From Verrucomicrobiota bacterium (GTDB lineage: Bacteria > Verrucomicrobiota > Verrucomicrobiia > Chthoniobacterales > Terrimicrobiaceae): 64,000 nucleotides of DNA. The notes beneath the pieces were generated by a model, which saw only the letters and a program-made list of their open reading frames with translations, was not told where the DNA came from and ran no database searches. The DNA is taken from NCBI GenBank assembly GCA_039797215.1, contig JBDKIG010000001.1:6050-70049 (forward strand). The letters are read 5' to 3'. A program made the position numbers and the translations under genes. This document shows positions 46,556 through 55,536 of this stretch, piece by piece (position 1 is the first letter of the stretch; every line of letters starts with the position of its first letter).

Positions 46556-47697
46556 AAAGCAACTGGGCTGTCAGCGAGAGAAACAGCGCGGAGTTTTTGG
46601 ATGACGGCTGGAAGGATTTCGGCGGCGCGGGTGATTTCCTCGGGGGTGGTGAAGCGGCTGAGGGAGAGGCGGAGGGAGGATTTGGCGCGGGCGTCGGTGA
46701 GGCCCATCGCTTTCAGGACATGGGAGGGTTTTCCAGATCCAGTGGCGCAGGAGGAACCGGCGGAGCAACAGACGCCGCGCTCGTCCAGGAGGATGAGGGC
46801 GGCTTCGCTCTCGACTCCTTCGAAGGAAAGATTGGTGGTGTTTGGAAGGCGGTGGGCGCGGTCGCCGTTGAAGGAGCAACCAGGAATGGAGGCGAGGAGG
46901 GAGCTTTCGAGGCGGTCGCGGAGCGTGGGCTCGAGCGGATGGGCGGCGGCGAGTTCGGCGGCATTTCCGAAGGCGACGATTGAAGCGACATTCTGCGTGC
47001 CGCCGCGGCGGCCGTTTTCCTGAGTGCCGCGCAGGAACGGGGTGAACGGAACGCGGCGGTTGATATAGAGGGCACCAACACCTTTCGGCGCATGAAGCTT
47101 GTGTCCCGAGAAACTCATGAAATGGACCCCGAGGCCTTCGAGACGGAGCGGAATTTTTCCGAAAGCCTGCACGGCGTCGATGTGGAGGATGGCGTTGGTT
47201 TTTTGAACAAGGCCGGCGATTTTTTCAAGAGGCCAGAGGACGCCGGTTTCGTTGTTGGCCCAGAGGAGGGAAACCAATGCAGTCTCCGGTCGGATGGCCG
47301 CTTTCAACTCGTCCAAGTCCAGCTGGCCCAGGGCATCCACGGGCAGGCGGGTGATTTCAAACCCCTTCCCGGCCAAATCCTCGCAAAGTCGAAGCGTGGC
47401 GCTGTGCTCGACCGCGCTGGTGACGATGTGGCGTTTTTGGGAAGCAACGGCAGACTGGATCGCCGTGGTGATCGACTCGGTTCCACAGCTGGTGAAAACC
47501 AATTCCTCGCTTTGGCAACCCGCCAGCGCGGCCACTTGACTCCGCGCCGTGTCGATGGCCGCCGACGCCGCACGGCCGAGTCGGCAGCCACTCGAGGGAT
47601 TGCCGAAGCCCCCCCGAAGCCAGGGCTCCATCGCCCCCAAAACCTCCGGCACGACGGGAGTCGTCGCGTTGTTGTCCAAATAAATCAAGGGGCCCAT
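46549..47697 (-). CDS. Cysteine desulfurase (class V aminotransferase, NifS/IscS-like)
   Basis: It has IYLDNNATTP, the PLP-lysine motif SFSGHKLHAPKGVGALY, and the catalytic Cys loop SAGSSCATGS. Confidence 0.9.
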   Translation of the reverse strand: MGPLIYLDNNATTPVVPEVLGAMEPWLRGGFGNPSSGCRLGRAASAAIDTARSQVAALAGCQSEELVFTSCGTESITTAIQSAVASQKRHIVTSAVEHSATLRLCEDLAGKGFEITRLPVDALGQLDLDELKAAIRPETALVSLLWANNETGVLWPLEKIAGLVQKTNAILHIDAVQAFGKIPLRLEGLGVHFMSFSGHKLHAPKGVGALYINRRVPFTPFLRGTQENGRRGGTQNVASIVAFGNAAELAAAHPLEPTLRDRLESSLLASIPGCSFNGDRAHRLPNTTNLSFEGVESEAALILLDERGVCCSAGSSCATGSGKPSHVLKAMGLTDARAKSSLRLSLSRFTTPEEITRAAEILPAVIQKLRAVSLADSPVAFS

Positions 47698-47760
47698 TTC
47701 AGAAAGGGCTCCCCATTATCTCCTCGCCCCACTCAATGCAACCCGCGCCTTTTCCAAAGA

Positions 47761-47775
47761 TGGCGCGAATCATGC
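47761..47775 (+). promoter_or_regulatory. Weak candidate sigma54-type (-24/-12) promoter upstream of rpoN
   Basis: TGGCGCGAATCATGC has GG and GC at the canonical spacing (TGGCAC-N5-TTGC would be the consensus). It sits about 40 nt upstream of the rpoN ATG. This is pattern match only. Confidence 0.2.
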
Positions 47776-47815
47776 TTGCAGAAGCAGATTTCATGCCTAG
47801 TCTCGCGGTTGAAGT

Positions 47816-49180
47816 ATGGCAGGAATGCAACAAGTGGGCGGCATGGCGATGCAACAATCGCTTTCGCCGCAGATGCAACAAAGTCTGCATGTTCTGCAAG
47901 CTCCCCTGAACGAATTGCTCGAGTTGGTGGATACCGAACTGCGCTCGAATCCCGCCTTGGAGGAAATGCCCTCCGATAAGCCCAGCTCTTCCGAAACCGA
48001 AAAAACTTCCCGCATCGAGGATGAGTGGAACGAATACTACTGCCAGCGTTCCCCAGGAGAATCCTGGTCCAAAGAAGCCCTCGAAAAGCGTCAGCATTTT
48101 CTCGATTCCCAAATCCGCCCCCAAAACCTCACTGAGCATCTTTTGGAGCAAGTCCAAACAGCCAACTGGCCAAGGGAAGACGCCGAGATTGCTGTCGAAA
48201 TCATCGGAAATCTCGATGAGGGAGGTTACCTCCGGGCGACTTGCGAGGAGATTGGCGCTTCGATGGATGTCATGTCGCTCGATGTCGAACGGGTTTTAGA
48301 AAAAATCCAACAATTTGATCCTCCCGGCATTGCCGCCCGCACTCTCTCGGAATGCCTCCTCCACCAACTTAAAGCCCAAGGCCGGCAGCACTCCGTCGAA
48401 TCCCGCATTGTCCGCCACCACTTGGACGAGTTGGGTCGAAAAAAACTCAACGACATCGCCAAGGCGCTCCACCTGGAAATTACTGAAATCCAACGCGCGG
48501 CCGAGGTGATTGCCCGCCTCGATCCCGCTCCCGGCCGGGCTTTTGCCGAGGATACGAATCAAGTCGTCACGCCCGAAGTCATTGTGGAGCGCGAGGGGGA
48601 CGACTATGTCGTTTCCCTGAATAGCGACGAGATTCCCCGTCTCAGAATTTCGGATTCCTACAAAGACATGCTCGCTACGGACTCTAAAGAAGTCCGCGAC
48701 TACCTGCGCGACAAAATCCGAGGCGGAAATTTTTTCATCCGCAGCATCCAGCAACGCCAACAAACAATTTTCAACATCGCCCGCGAGATTGTCGCCCAGC
48801 AGCGGGATTTCATGGACCTCGGCCCCGCCCACCTCAAGCCCATGCGAATGGTGCAGGTCGCCGAAGCCGTCGGTGTTCATGAAACGACCGTGAGCCGGGC
48901 TTCTGCAGGGAAGTTCATCGCCACGCCGCATGGGGTTTTTGAGATGAAATATTTCTTCACCCACGGCTACACGAATGCTGACGGGGAGACGGTAAGTAAC
49001 GAAAGCGTCCGCCAAGCCATCGCGCAAATCGTTAAGGAGGAAAGCCAAACTCGCCCCTACAGCGACCAGGATCTCGTGAAGCTCCTCGCCGACCGCGGCC
49101 TGCCCGTCGCCCGGCGCACCGTGGCAAAATACCGCGAACAACTCGGCATCCTACCGAGCCACCTGCGGAAGGCTTTTTAA
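47816..49180 (+). CDS. rpoN: RNA polymerase sigma-54 factor
   Basis: 454 aa with a Gln/Leu-rich region I (QQSLSPQMQQSLHVLQAP), a core-binding region, and a C-terminal HTH plus RpoN box (ARRTVAKYR). Confidence 0.95.
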   Translation: MAGMQQVGGMAMQQSLSPQMQQSLHVLQAPLNELLELVDTELRSNPALEEMPSDKPSSSETEKTSRIEDEWNEYYCQRSPGESWSKEALEKRQHFLDSQIRPQNLTEHLLEQVQTANWPREDAEIAVEIIGNLDEGGYLRATCEEIGASMDVMSLDVERVLEKIQQFDPPGIAARTLSECLLHQLKAQGRQHSVESRIVRHHLDELGRKKLNDIAKALHLEITEIQRAAEVIARLDPAPGRAFAEDTNQVVTPEVIVEREGDDYVVSLNSDEIPRLRISDSYKDMLATDSKEVRDYLRDKIRGGNFFIRSIQQRQQTIFNIAREIVAQQRDFMDLGPAHLKPMRMVQVAEAVGVHETTVSRASAGKFIATPHGVFEMKYFFTHGYTNADGETVSNESVRQAIAQIVKEESQTRPYSDQDLVKLLADRGLPVARRTVAKYREQLGILPSHLRKAF

Positions 49181-49191
49181 CCCGATCCCGT

Positions 49192-49959
49192 TTAGTGACG
49201 GGCTTGCGAACCGTTTTGAGCAATCGCTCGGGCTTGTCGCACCTTCGCCTCCAGCGCGGTGGAAATGATCCGAGCCGCATCGCTGTCACTCAAATCGTCC
49301 GTGTTTAAAACGAGGTCGTAGTGGGTGACATCGTTGATGTCCTGACGGAAATTTTCGAGAATGTAGTTCTTTCTAGCCCGATCACGACGGGCGACTTCCT
49401 TCACCGCCTCGTCTTGGGAGACTTTGTAGATGCTCGCGAAACTCCGGATGCGGATTTCCAGCGTTCCAACCAATCGCACATGCAAGGCCATCGGGATGTT
49501 TTTTGTAATAAAATTCCCGCCGCGTCCGACGATCACCGCATTGCCGGACTGGCCGAGCCGCAGGACGGTCTCTGCCGTTTTGGCGACAGCAGTAAAAACC
49601 CCGGGATGCAAGCCCAGCGCCTCGCCGAGCATATCCATCAAATGTCCCGTCCGGTCCTCGGGAAAAAATCCCACCGTGCTATTTGGCAGGCCGTGCTCCT
49701 CGACGACTTGGTGGACGAGCCGCTGGTTGAAGACCGTCCAAGGGCGATGCTGAGGGATGGCGGAATTTTCAAGCAGCTGACTGACGAGTTCGGCCGCGAT
49801 CGGATTTCCCCTTGCTCCAGCAGCTTGGGAAATCGTGATGACGGGACCGTCTGTTTTTTGTTCCGGGATATCCTCGCTCCAAAAGGAGGTTGATTGCACG
49901 AAGGCACGACAAAGGTCGATTTGATGATCGTTTTTCATAGGGGGGTTGAACTGCTTCAA
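49192..49959 (-). CDS. Cytidylate-kinase-like family protein (Cytidylate_kin2-type)
   Basis: It has VITISQAAGARG in place of a canonical P-loop and the family-typical C-terminal RDRARKNYILENF...D..YDLVLNT. Confidence 0.7.
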   Translation of the reverse strand: MKQFNPPMKNDHQIDLCRAFVQSTSFWSEDIPEQKTDGPVITISQAAGARGNPIAAELVSQLLENSAIPQHRPWTVFNQRLVHQVVEEHGLPNSTVGFFPEDRTGHLMDMLGEALGLHPGVFTAVAKTAETVLRLGQSGNAVIVGRGGNFITKNIPMALHVRLVGTLEIRIRSFASIYKVSQDEAVKEVARRDRARKNYILENFRQDINDVTHYDLVLNTDDLSDSDAARIISTALEAKVRQARAIAQNGSQARH

Positions 49960-50099
49960 AGAATTCTTCCCGCGCGCCCCTCGTTCAAGAAAAAAAATGT
50001 AAGCTCCCCGATCCTCCTAACGAAACATTTGCCGCCATGATATCGGCGAGCGGTGGCGTTGACCCTGCCATGCAGCACTGATTATCCTGCGCGACTTTC

Positions 50100-52817
50100 A
50101 TGAGCGGCTACAAAGACACCATCAACCTTCCGAAAACCGATTTCCCGATGAAGGCGGGCCTCGCCCAGCGCGAACCCGAAATCCTCGCCAAATGGGAATC
50201 CAGCGGCCTCTACGCCAAAATCCAAGAGCGCCGGAAGGACGCCCCGCTCTACCTGCTCCACGACGGCCCGCCCTTCGCCAACGGCGATGTCCACATGGGC
50301 ACCGCGCTGAACAAAATCCTCAAGGACTTCGTGGTGAAATCCAAAACGATGGCCGGCTTCCGCGCGCCGTTCGTTCCAGGCTGGGACTGCCACGGCCTCC
50401 CGATCGAATTCCGCGTGGTCAAATCCTCCGCCGGTCTCGCGCCCGCCGAGGTCCGCCGCCGTTCGGAGGAATACGCCCGCAAATTCATCGACATCCAGCG
50501 CCGCCAGTTCAAACGCCTCGGCGTTCTCGGTGATTGGGAAAATCCCTACCTCACTCTCGATCCCGGCTATGAGGCCGGCATGATCCGCGCCTTCGCGAAG
50601 TTCGTCGAAAAGGGGCTCGTCTATCGCAAGAAAAAGCCCGTCCTCTGGAGCACCGGCGCGCACACCGCGCTCGCCGAGGCCGAGGTCGAATACGCCGAGC
50701 GCACCGACCCTGCCATCCATGTTGCCTTCGCAGCTGCCAGCGGCCCGATCGGGGACGCCTCGTTCGTCATTTGGACGACCACGCCGTGGACGCTCCCCGC
50801 GAACCTCGCCATCGCCGTCCACCCGCTAGAAAAATACAACCTCCGCAAGGTCACTCTAGCCGATGGTTCGACCAAGTCGCTCGTCATCGCGAATGCACTC
50901 TGGGAGGCCTTCCTCGCCGAAACCAAATCCTCGGCCGCTCCCGCCGAACGCGAATTCACCGGCGCGGAACTCGCTGGCTCCAAGGCCCGCCATCCCTTCC
51001 TCAACCGCGAGGTTCCCGTCATCACCGCCGATTTCGTCACCATGGAAAAAGGCACGGGCCAAGTCCACATCGCCCCCGGCCATGGCGCGGACGACTACCT
51101 TGCCGGCCAAGCGAACGGACTCGATGTCCTCTCACCGGTTGATGACTACGGAAAATTCACCGACGAATGCGGCGTTCCCGAACTCGTTAGCCTCCATGTC
51201 CTCGATCAGGGCAACAAGGAGGTCCTCCAAATCCTCGCCGCGCGCGGCGCGCTCCTCGGGCAGTCCGATTATCTCCACGACTACCCGCACTGCTGGCGTT
51301 CCAAAACGCCGATCCTGTTCCGCGCGGTCGAGCAATTTTTCATCCGCATCGACGGGATCCGCGAAACCGCCCTGCGCGAGATCGACGCCACGCAATGGAT
51401 TCCGCACTGGGGCCGCAACCGCATTCGCGGCACGGTGGAATCGCGTCCTGACTGGTGCATCTCGCGCCAGCGCACCTGGGGCGTGCCGCTTCCAGTTTTC
51501 TACAACGACAAGAACGAACCGATCCTCGACCCCGCCGTCATCAACAAGGTTGCTGAAGTTTTCTCCGAAAAGGGAACGAACTCCTGGTTCGAACTCGACG
51601 ATTCAGCCTGGGCCGCACTCGTCGGCCTCCCTGCCGGCTCCACGCGCCGCAATGACACGCTCGATGTCTGGATCGATTCCGGCCTGAGCCACGAAACCGT
51701 CCTGCGCCAGCGCCCCGAACTCGCATTCCCTGCCGACTTATATCTCGAGGCCACCGACCAGCACCGCGGCTGGTTCCAGAGTTCGCTCATGACCTCCGTC
51801 GCGCTGAACGAAAAAGCCCCCTACCGCACCGTGCTCACCCATGGCTTCGTGATGGATGTCGACACCCGCAAGAAAATCTCCAAGTCCGCCGCGGGCGGCT
51901 ACCAGAAGCCCACCGACGCCGACCACTATGTGAACAAATACGGCGCCGACTTGCTCCGCCTGTGGGTCAGCAGCGTGAACTTCACCGACGATGTGCACTT
52001 CTCCGAGGAAATCTTCACGCGCCTCTCGGATGCCTACCGCCGCGTTCGCAACACACTCCGCATTCTTCTTGCGAACCTCCACGACTACGACGCGGCAAAT
52101 CCCCCCGCGCCAGAGTCGCTCACCTTCGTCGACCGCTGGATCCTCGCGCGCCTTCAGGAGGTCGTGGCCACCTGCCTCGACGCCTACGAAAAGCTCGAGT
52201 TCCACCGCGTCCACCACACGATCAACCAATTCTGCGCCGTCGATCTGAGCAGCCTGTATGTGGACATCACGAAAGACCGCCTCTACTGCGACGCCAAATC
52301 CTCCCCTCGCCGCCGCGCCACGCAGTTCGCGATGCACCGCGTCTTCGACACGCTCGTTCGCCTGCTCGCGCCGATCCTCGCCTACACCGCCGAGGAGGCC
52401 TGGGGCCACTTCCAGCCAGGAAGCTCGGTCCACGCGCAGGATTTTCCGAAGCCCGATACCGCGTGGCAAAACCCCGACGCCATCGCGCAGATGGATGCGC
52501 TCCTACAAATCCGCAGCCGCATTTCTCAGGCGGTGGAGAAACCCCAAAAAGCCGGCGAGATCGGCAGCGCGCTCGAAGCTCGAATCCAACTCGGCGCGAC
52601 ACCCGAGGAATTGAAATCCCTCGCTCCCGTCCAAGCCGAAGCCGAAGAAGTCTTCATCCTGAGCGACCTCGAAATCTCCGAGTCCCCCACCCCGAGCTGT
52701 GAGGTGGCGAAAACCTCGAATGCCCGCTGCGAGCGTTGCTGGCGCCACCGCCCCGAAGTCGGCCAAAGCGCCGCGCACCCGACGCTATGCAGTCGCTGCG
52801 AAGGGGCTCTCGGATGA
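50100..52817 (+). CDS. ileS: Isoleucyl-tRNA synthetase
   Basis: 905 aa with a HIGH-type motif (PFANGDVHMGT), a KMSKS-type motif (KISKS), and a C-terminal Cys4 zinc finger (CERCW...CSRC). Confidence 0.97.
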   Translation: MSGYKDTINLPKTDFPMKAGLAQREPEILAKWESSGLYAKIQERRKDAPLYLLHDGPPFANGDVHMGTALNKILKDFVVKSKTMAGFRAPFVPGWDCHGLPIEFRVVKSSAGLAPAEVRRRSEEYARKFIDIQRRQFKRLGVLGDWENPYLTLDPGYEAGMIRAFAKFVEKGLVYRKKKPVLWSTGAHTALAEAEVEYAERTDPAIHVAFAAASGPIGDASFVIWTTTPWTLPANLAIAVHPLEKYNLRKVTLADGSTKSLVIANALWEAFLAETKSSAAPAEREFTGAELAGSKARHPFLNREVPVITADFVTMEKGTGQVHIAPGHGADDYLAGQANGLDVLSPVDDYGKFTDECGVPELVSLHVLDQGNKEVLQILAARGALLGQSDYLHDYPHCWRSKTPILFRAVEQFFIRIDGIRETALREIDATQWIPHWGRNRIRGTVESRPDWCISRQRTWGVPLPVFYNDKNEPILDPAVINKVAEVFSEKGTNSWFELDDSAWAALVGLPAGSTRRNDTLDVWIDSGLSHETVLRQRPELAFPADLYLEATDQHRGWFQSSLMTSVALNEKAPYRTVLTHGFVMDVDTRKKISKSAAGGYQKPTDADHYVNKYGADLLRLWVSSVNFTDDVHFSEEIFTRLSDAYRRVRNTLRILLANLHDYDAANPPAPESLTFVDRWILARLQEVVATCLDAYEKLEFHRVHHTINQFCAVDLSSLYVDITKDRLYCDAKSSPRRRATQFAMHRVFDTLVRLLAPILAYTAEEAWGHFQPGSSVHAQDFPKPDTAWQNPDAIAQMDALLQIRSRISQAVEKPQKAGEIGSALEARIQLGATPEELKSLAPVQAEAEEVFILSDLEISESPTPSCEVAKTSNARCERCWRHRPEVGQSAAHPTLCSRCEGALG

Positions 52818-52865
52818 TTGACCACAGAGGACACAGAGAACACGGAGTAGGGAATTTTTTATGAG
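52817..52865 (+). repeat. Short dispersed intergenic element, copy 2 (ATTGACCACAGAGGACACAGAG...TTTTTTATGAG)
   Basis: It starts on the last base of the ileS stop codon and ends in the lspA start codon. See copy 1 at 46511..46555. Confidence 0.75.
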
Positions 52866-53316
52866 GTTGGTTCTTTTTTTGGCGCTGCCGCTTTATGTGC
52901 TCGACCAGATCACGAAGTTTCTGGTCCTCGCCAACATTCCGACCCATGTGACCATCGAGGTCATTCCTGGATTTTTTAATCTGGTGCAGGTTCACAATAC
53001 CGGTGCGGCGTTTGGAATGATGAAGGACAACAACTGGTTTTTCATCGGCCTCGCCTCGGTCGCGCTCGTGGCGGTCGCCGTGATGGCACGGCGCGGATGC
53101 TTTTTAGACGCCCCGAGCCGCATCGGCGCAGCTCTGCTTGCGAGTGGGATTGTTGGCAACCTCACCGACCGCCTCCTCCACGGCTATGTCGTAGATTTTC
53201 TCGATGTGATCCTGCCGTGGTATGGCCACTGGCCGGCCTTCAATGTCGCGGACTCCTGCATCTGCGTGGCGGCGTTTTTATTTTTGATCTCAGGCTTCCT
53301 CGCACCGAAGCCGTAA
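52861..53316 (+). CDS. lspA: Lipoprotein signal peptidase (signal peptidase II)
   Basis: 151 aa, 4 TM segments, with NTGAAFG and VVDFLD...FNVAD motifs. It follows the conserved ileS-lspA order. Confidence 0.92.
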   Translation: MRLVLFLALPLYVLDQITKFLVLANIPTHVTIEVIPGFFNLVQVHNTGAAFGMMKDNNWFFIGLASVALVAVAVMARRGCFLDAPSRIGAALLASGIVGNLTDRLLHGYVVDFLDVILPWYGHWPAFNVADSCICVAAFLFLISGFLAPKP

Positions 53317-53367
53317 ACAAACTGATCCTGATTTCGTAGGGCGGGGACTTCTCTTAGGGGGAGTTTT

Positions 53368-53706
53368 TCAGGGCCTGCCTTGAACCACCTCGCAGACTGC
53401 CAGCCGTATTTCTCCGAGTTTTTGGGCACTGATTTTTCCTGCCACACGGCGGACAACCGCGCTGCTTGCCGTAACCAAACGCTGTGACAAAACAAAACTT
53501 TCCATCGGTAGTCGCCCTTGAAGAAAATCAGCCGCAACCAAAGGCAATGCGGCCCTGTGAGTCGAAGGTTTGCTGGTAATCTGGCATAATAGGATATCGC
53601 CACGGTCTAAAGAGGCCAAAACAAGGGCCGGCCGGACTTTTTGACTGCTCAAGTTCGTGAAGGGGAATGGCACAACCACCACATCGCCACCTACAAGTCC
53701 TTCCAC
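53368..53706 (-). CDS. PemK/MazF-family type II toxin
   Basis: GTG start. It has GDVVVVPFPFTNLSSQKVRPALVL and ILLCQITSK motifs typical of the MazF/PemK fold. It overlaps the upstream small gene by 16 nt. Confidence 0.8.
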   Translation of the reverse strand: MEGLVGGDVVVVPFPFTNLSSQKVRPALVLASLDRGDILLCQITSKPSTHRAALPLVAADFLQGRLPMESFVLSQRLVTASSAVVRRVAGKISAQKLGEIRLAVCEVVQGRP

Positions 53707-53891
53707 GCCTCATCCTCCTCAGGTGAAGACCAATCAGCCGCCCAAGCGGACTCGGCCAGAGGCAACATGGATTCTCCCGTTGGCAAATCAGCGGAATAGC
53801 GACTTTTTAAGAATGTAAGAAAAGCCATGACCTCGCATCGAATTTCCTCCGGAGCGCTCTCGATCTCAGCTAGCAATGTCGTGGAAGACAT
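53691..53891 (-). CDS. Putative cognate antitoxin (DUF2281-like)
   Basis: 66 aa, acidic. LLAEIESAPEEIRCEVMAFLTFLKSRY resembles DUF2281 antitoxins, and it sits directly upstream of and overlapping the toxin gene. Confidence 0.65.
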   Translation of the reverse strand: MSSTTLLAEIESAPEEIRCEVMAFLTFLKSRYSADLPTGESMLPLAESAWAADWSSPEEDEAWKDL

Positions 53892-53952
53892 AACACGCTA
53901 TGAAACTCGGATTGCCTCTTCCGTCAAGAGGGAGCGCAGACGATCCGTGCCT

Positions 53953-54477
53953 TTAGCTCAGCGTGTGAATCATTTCGAGAGCTGCGACGATTCCCTCGTG
54001 CACAAAGTCGGCACCGGTGTTTTCGAGATTCGCGCCGTAGCCGGTTCGGACGAGGATCGTTTGGCAACCCGCGCGGCGGCCGCATTCCACATCGATCACC
54101 TTGTCGCCGATCATCCAACTCCGCGAGAGGTCGATTCCAAATTCCCGCGCGGCCTCGTCGAGCATTCCGGTGCCGGGCTTGCGGCGGGGAGTGGGGTTTT
54201 CGGGATGGTCGGGCGCGAAATACACCGCATCGATGGCGCCGGGGAGTTGACGGAGGAATTCGGCATTCACCGCCTCGTATTGCTCGGGGGTGATTTTGCC
54301 TTTCGAGAGGCCGCTTTGATTGGTGATGACAATCGTCAGCCAGTCGGCTTGGCGGAGACGCTGGAGCGCCTCGAGGGTTCCCGGAAATACTCGAACGGTC
54401 TTGGGGTCGTTGCAGTAGTTCACCTCCTCCATCAGCGTGCCGTCGCGATCGAGGAATACCGCGCGCCGATCACCCAT
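53953..54477 (-). CDS. gmhB: D-glycero-D-manno-heptose 1,7-bisphosphate phosphatase
   Basis: It has the HAD motif I FLDRDGTL, plus ITNQSG and RKPGTGML. Confidence 0.85.
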   Translation of the reverse strand: MGDRRAVFLDRDGTLMEEVNYCNDPKTVRVFPGTLEALQRLRQADWLTIVITNQSGLSKGKITPEQYEAVNAEFLRQLPGAIDAVYFAPDHPENPTPRRKPGTGMLDEAAREFGIDLSRSWMIGDKVIDVECGRRAGCQTILVRTGYGANLENTGADFVHEGIVAALEMIHTLS

Positions 54478-55474
54478 GGTTGTGGAACGCCTCGGTCAAC
54501 TCCTGCGCGGTGAGCGTGGCGGTGCCGAGTTTGGCGACGACGACGCCGCTGGCGTAGTTGGAAATTTCCGCCGCTTCGGCAGGCGTCGCCCCAGCGCAAA
54601 TCGCCAGAGTGTAAAGCGCGATCGCCGTGTCGCCCGCGCCCGAGACATCGAAAACCTCCCTCGCCCGAGTGGGTGTGTGATACGGCTCCGCGCCGCGACG
54701 AAAGAGGATCATGCCGTGCTCGCCGAGCGTGACCAGCAACGAGGCGAGGTCCCATTTTTTCAAAAGAATCGAACCGGTTTCGAGCAGCGGCAGGTCGTTG
54801 AGAGGGTTCTCGGCGGCGCCGGGATCTTGAAGGCCGGCCATGGCGAAAGCCTCGGAGCGGTTGGGCTTCAAAAGATCGACGCCGCGCCAGTCGAGTGGGT
54901 TGGTGGGGTTCGGGTCGGCGGAGAGGTATTTGCCGGCTTGGAGGGCCATTTGGGTCGCGCGGTCTTTGAGTTCCTGGCCGAGAAAACCCTTCCCATAATC
55001 CTCGAAAATCACGGCGTCCACCTGCGGCAAAAGCTCCTCGATCGCCGCGCAGGCTCTCTCCAAAGCCTCGACGCCCACCGGGCTGCGGCGCTCGCGGTCC
55101 ACGCGCACGACTTGTTGCTGGCGGGCGACGATGCGGGTTTTCACGATCGTCGAGCGCGTGGGATCGGCGACGAGGGCGCCGGTGGAAATCCTCTCGGCGG
55201 CGAGCAGGCTGCGGAGTTTTTCGGCGTGCGAGTCGCTACCAACAAGGCCGCACAGATGAACCTCCGCGCAGAAAGGGCTGAGGTTGCGGGCAACATTCGC
55301 CGCACCGCCGGGGTAGCAAGTTTCCTCGTGGACCTCGACAACCGGCACGGGGGCCTCGGGAGAGATGCGGGAGACTTTGCCCCACACGAACTCATCGAGC
55401 ATCACATCCCCGATAACAAGGAGTCGGCGGCCTTTTGCGGCCTGAAGAAGATGTTGTAATCTTTCGGGATTCAT
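54470..55474 (-). CDS. hldA: D-glycero-beta-D-manno-heptose-7-phosphate kinase (RfaE domain I / PfkB family)
   Basis: It has LVIGDVMLDEFVWGKVSRISPEAPVPVV and a C-terminal DVSGAGDT motif. It is the stand-alone kinase domain and overlaps the gmhB start by 8 nt. Confidence 0.85.
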   Translation of the reverse strand: MNPERLQHLLQAAKGRRLLVIGDVMLDEFVWGKVSRISPEAPVPVVEVHEETCYPGGAANVARNLSPFCAEVHLCGLVGSDSHAEKLRSLLAAERISTGALVADPTRSTIVKTRIVARQQQVVRVDRERRSPVGVEALERACAAIEELLPQVDAVIFEDYGKGFLGQELKDRATQMALQAGKYLSADPNPTNPLDWRGVDLLKPNRSEAFAMAGLQDPGAAENPLNDLPLLETGSILLKKWDLASLLVTLGEHGMILFRRGAEPYHTPTRAREVFDVSGAGDTAIALYTLAICAGATPAEAAEISNYASGVVVAKLGTATLTAQELTEAFHNHG

Positions 55475-55536
55475 TCCAGATTCTGCGACCGAGTTCTAAC
55501 CCGAGCCCGGTGGCACAACAACGCTCAATTTTGAAA

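Noticed and set aside
55510-55524. TGGCACAACAACGCT upstream of the secreted-protein gene, as a possible sigma54 promoter.
   Set aside because: The GG-to-GC spacing is one nucleotide short of the canonical -24/-12 distance. Other TGGCAC hits (10800, 22548, 35620, 53086) are inside genes or lack the -12 GC.
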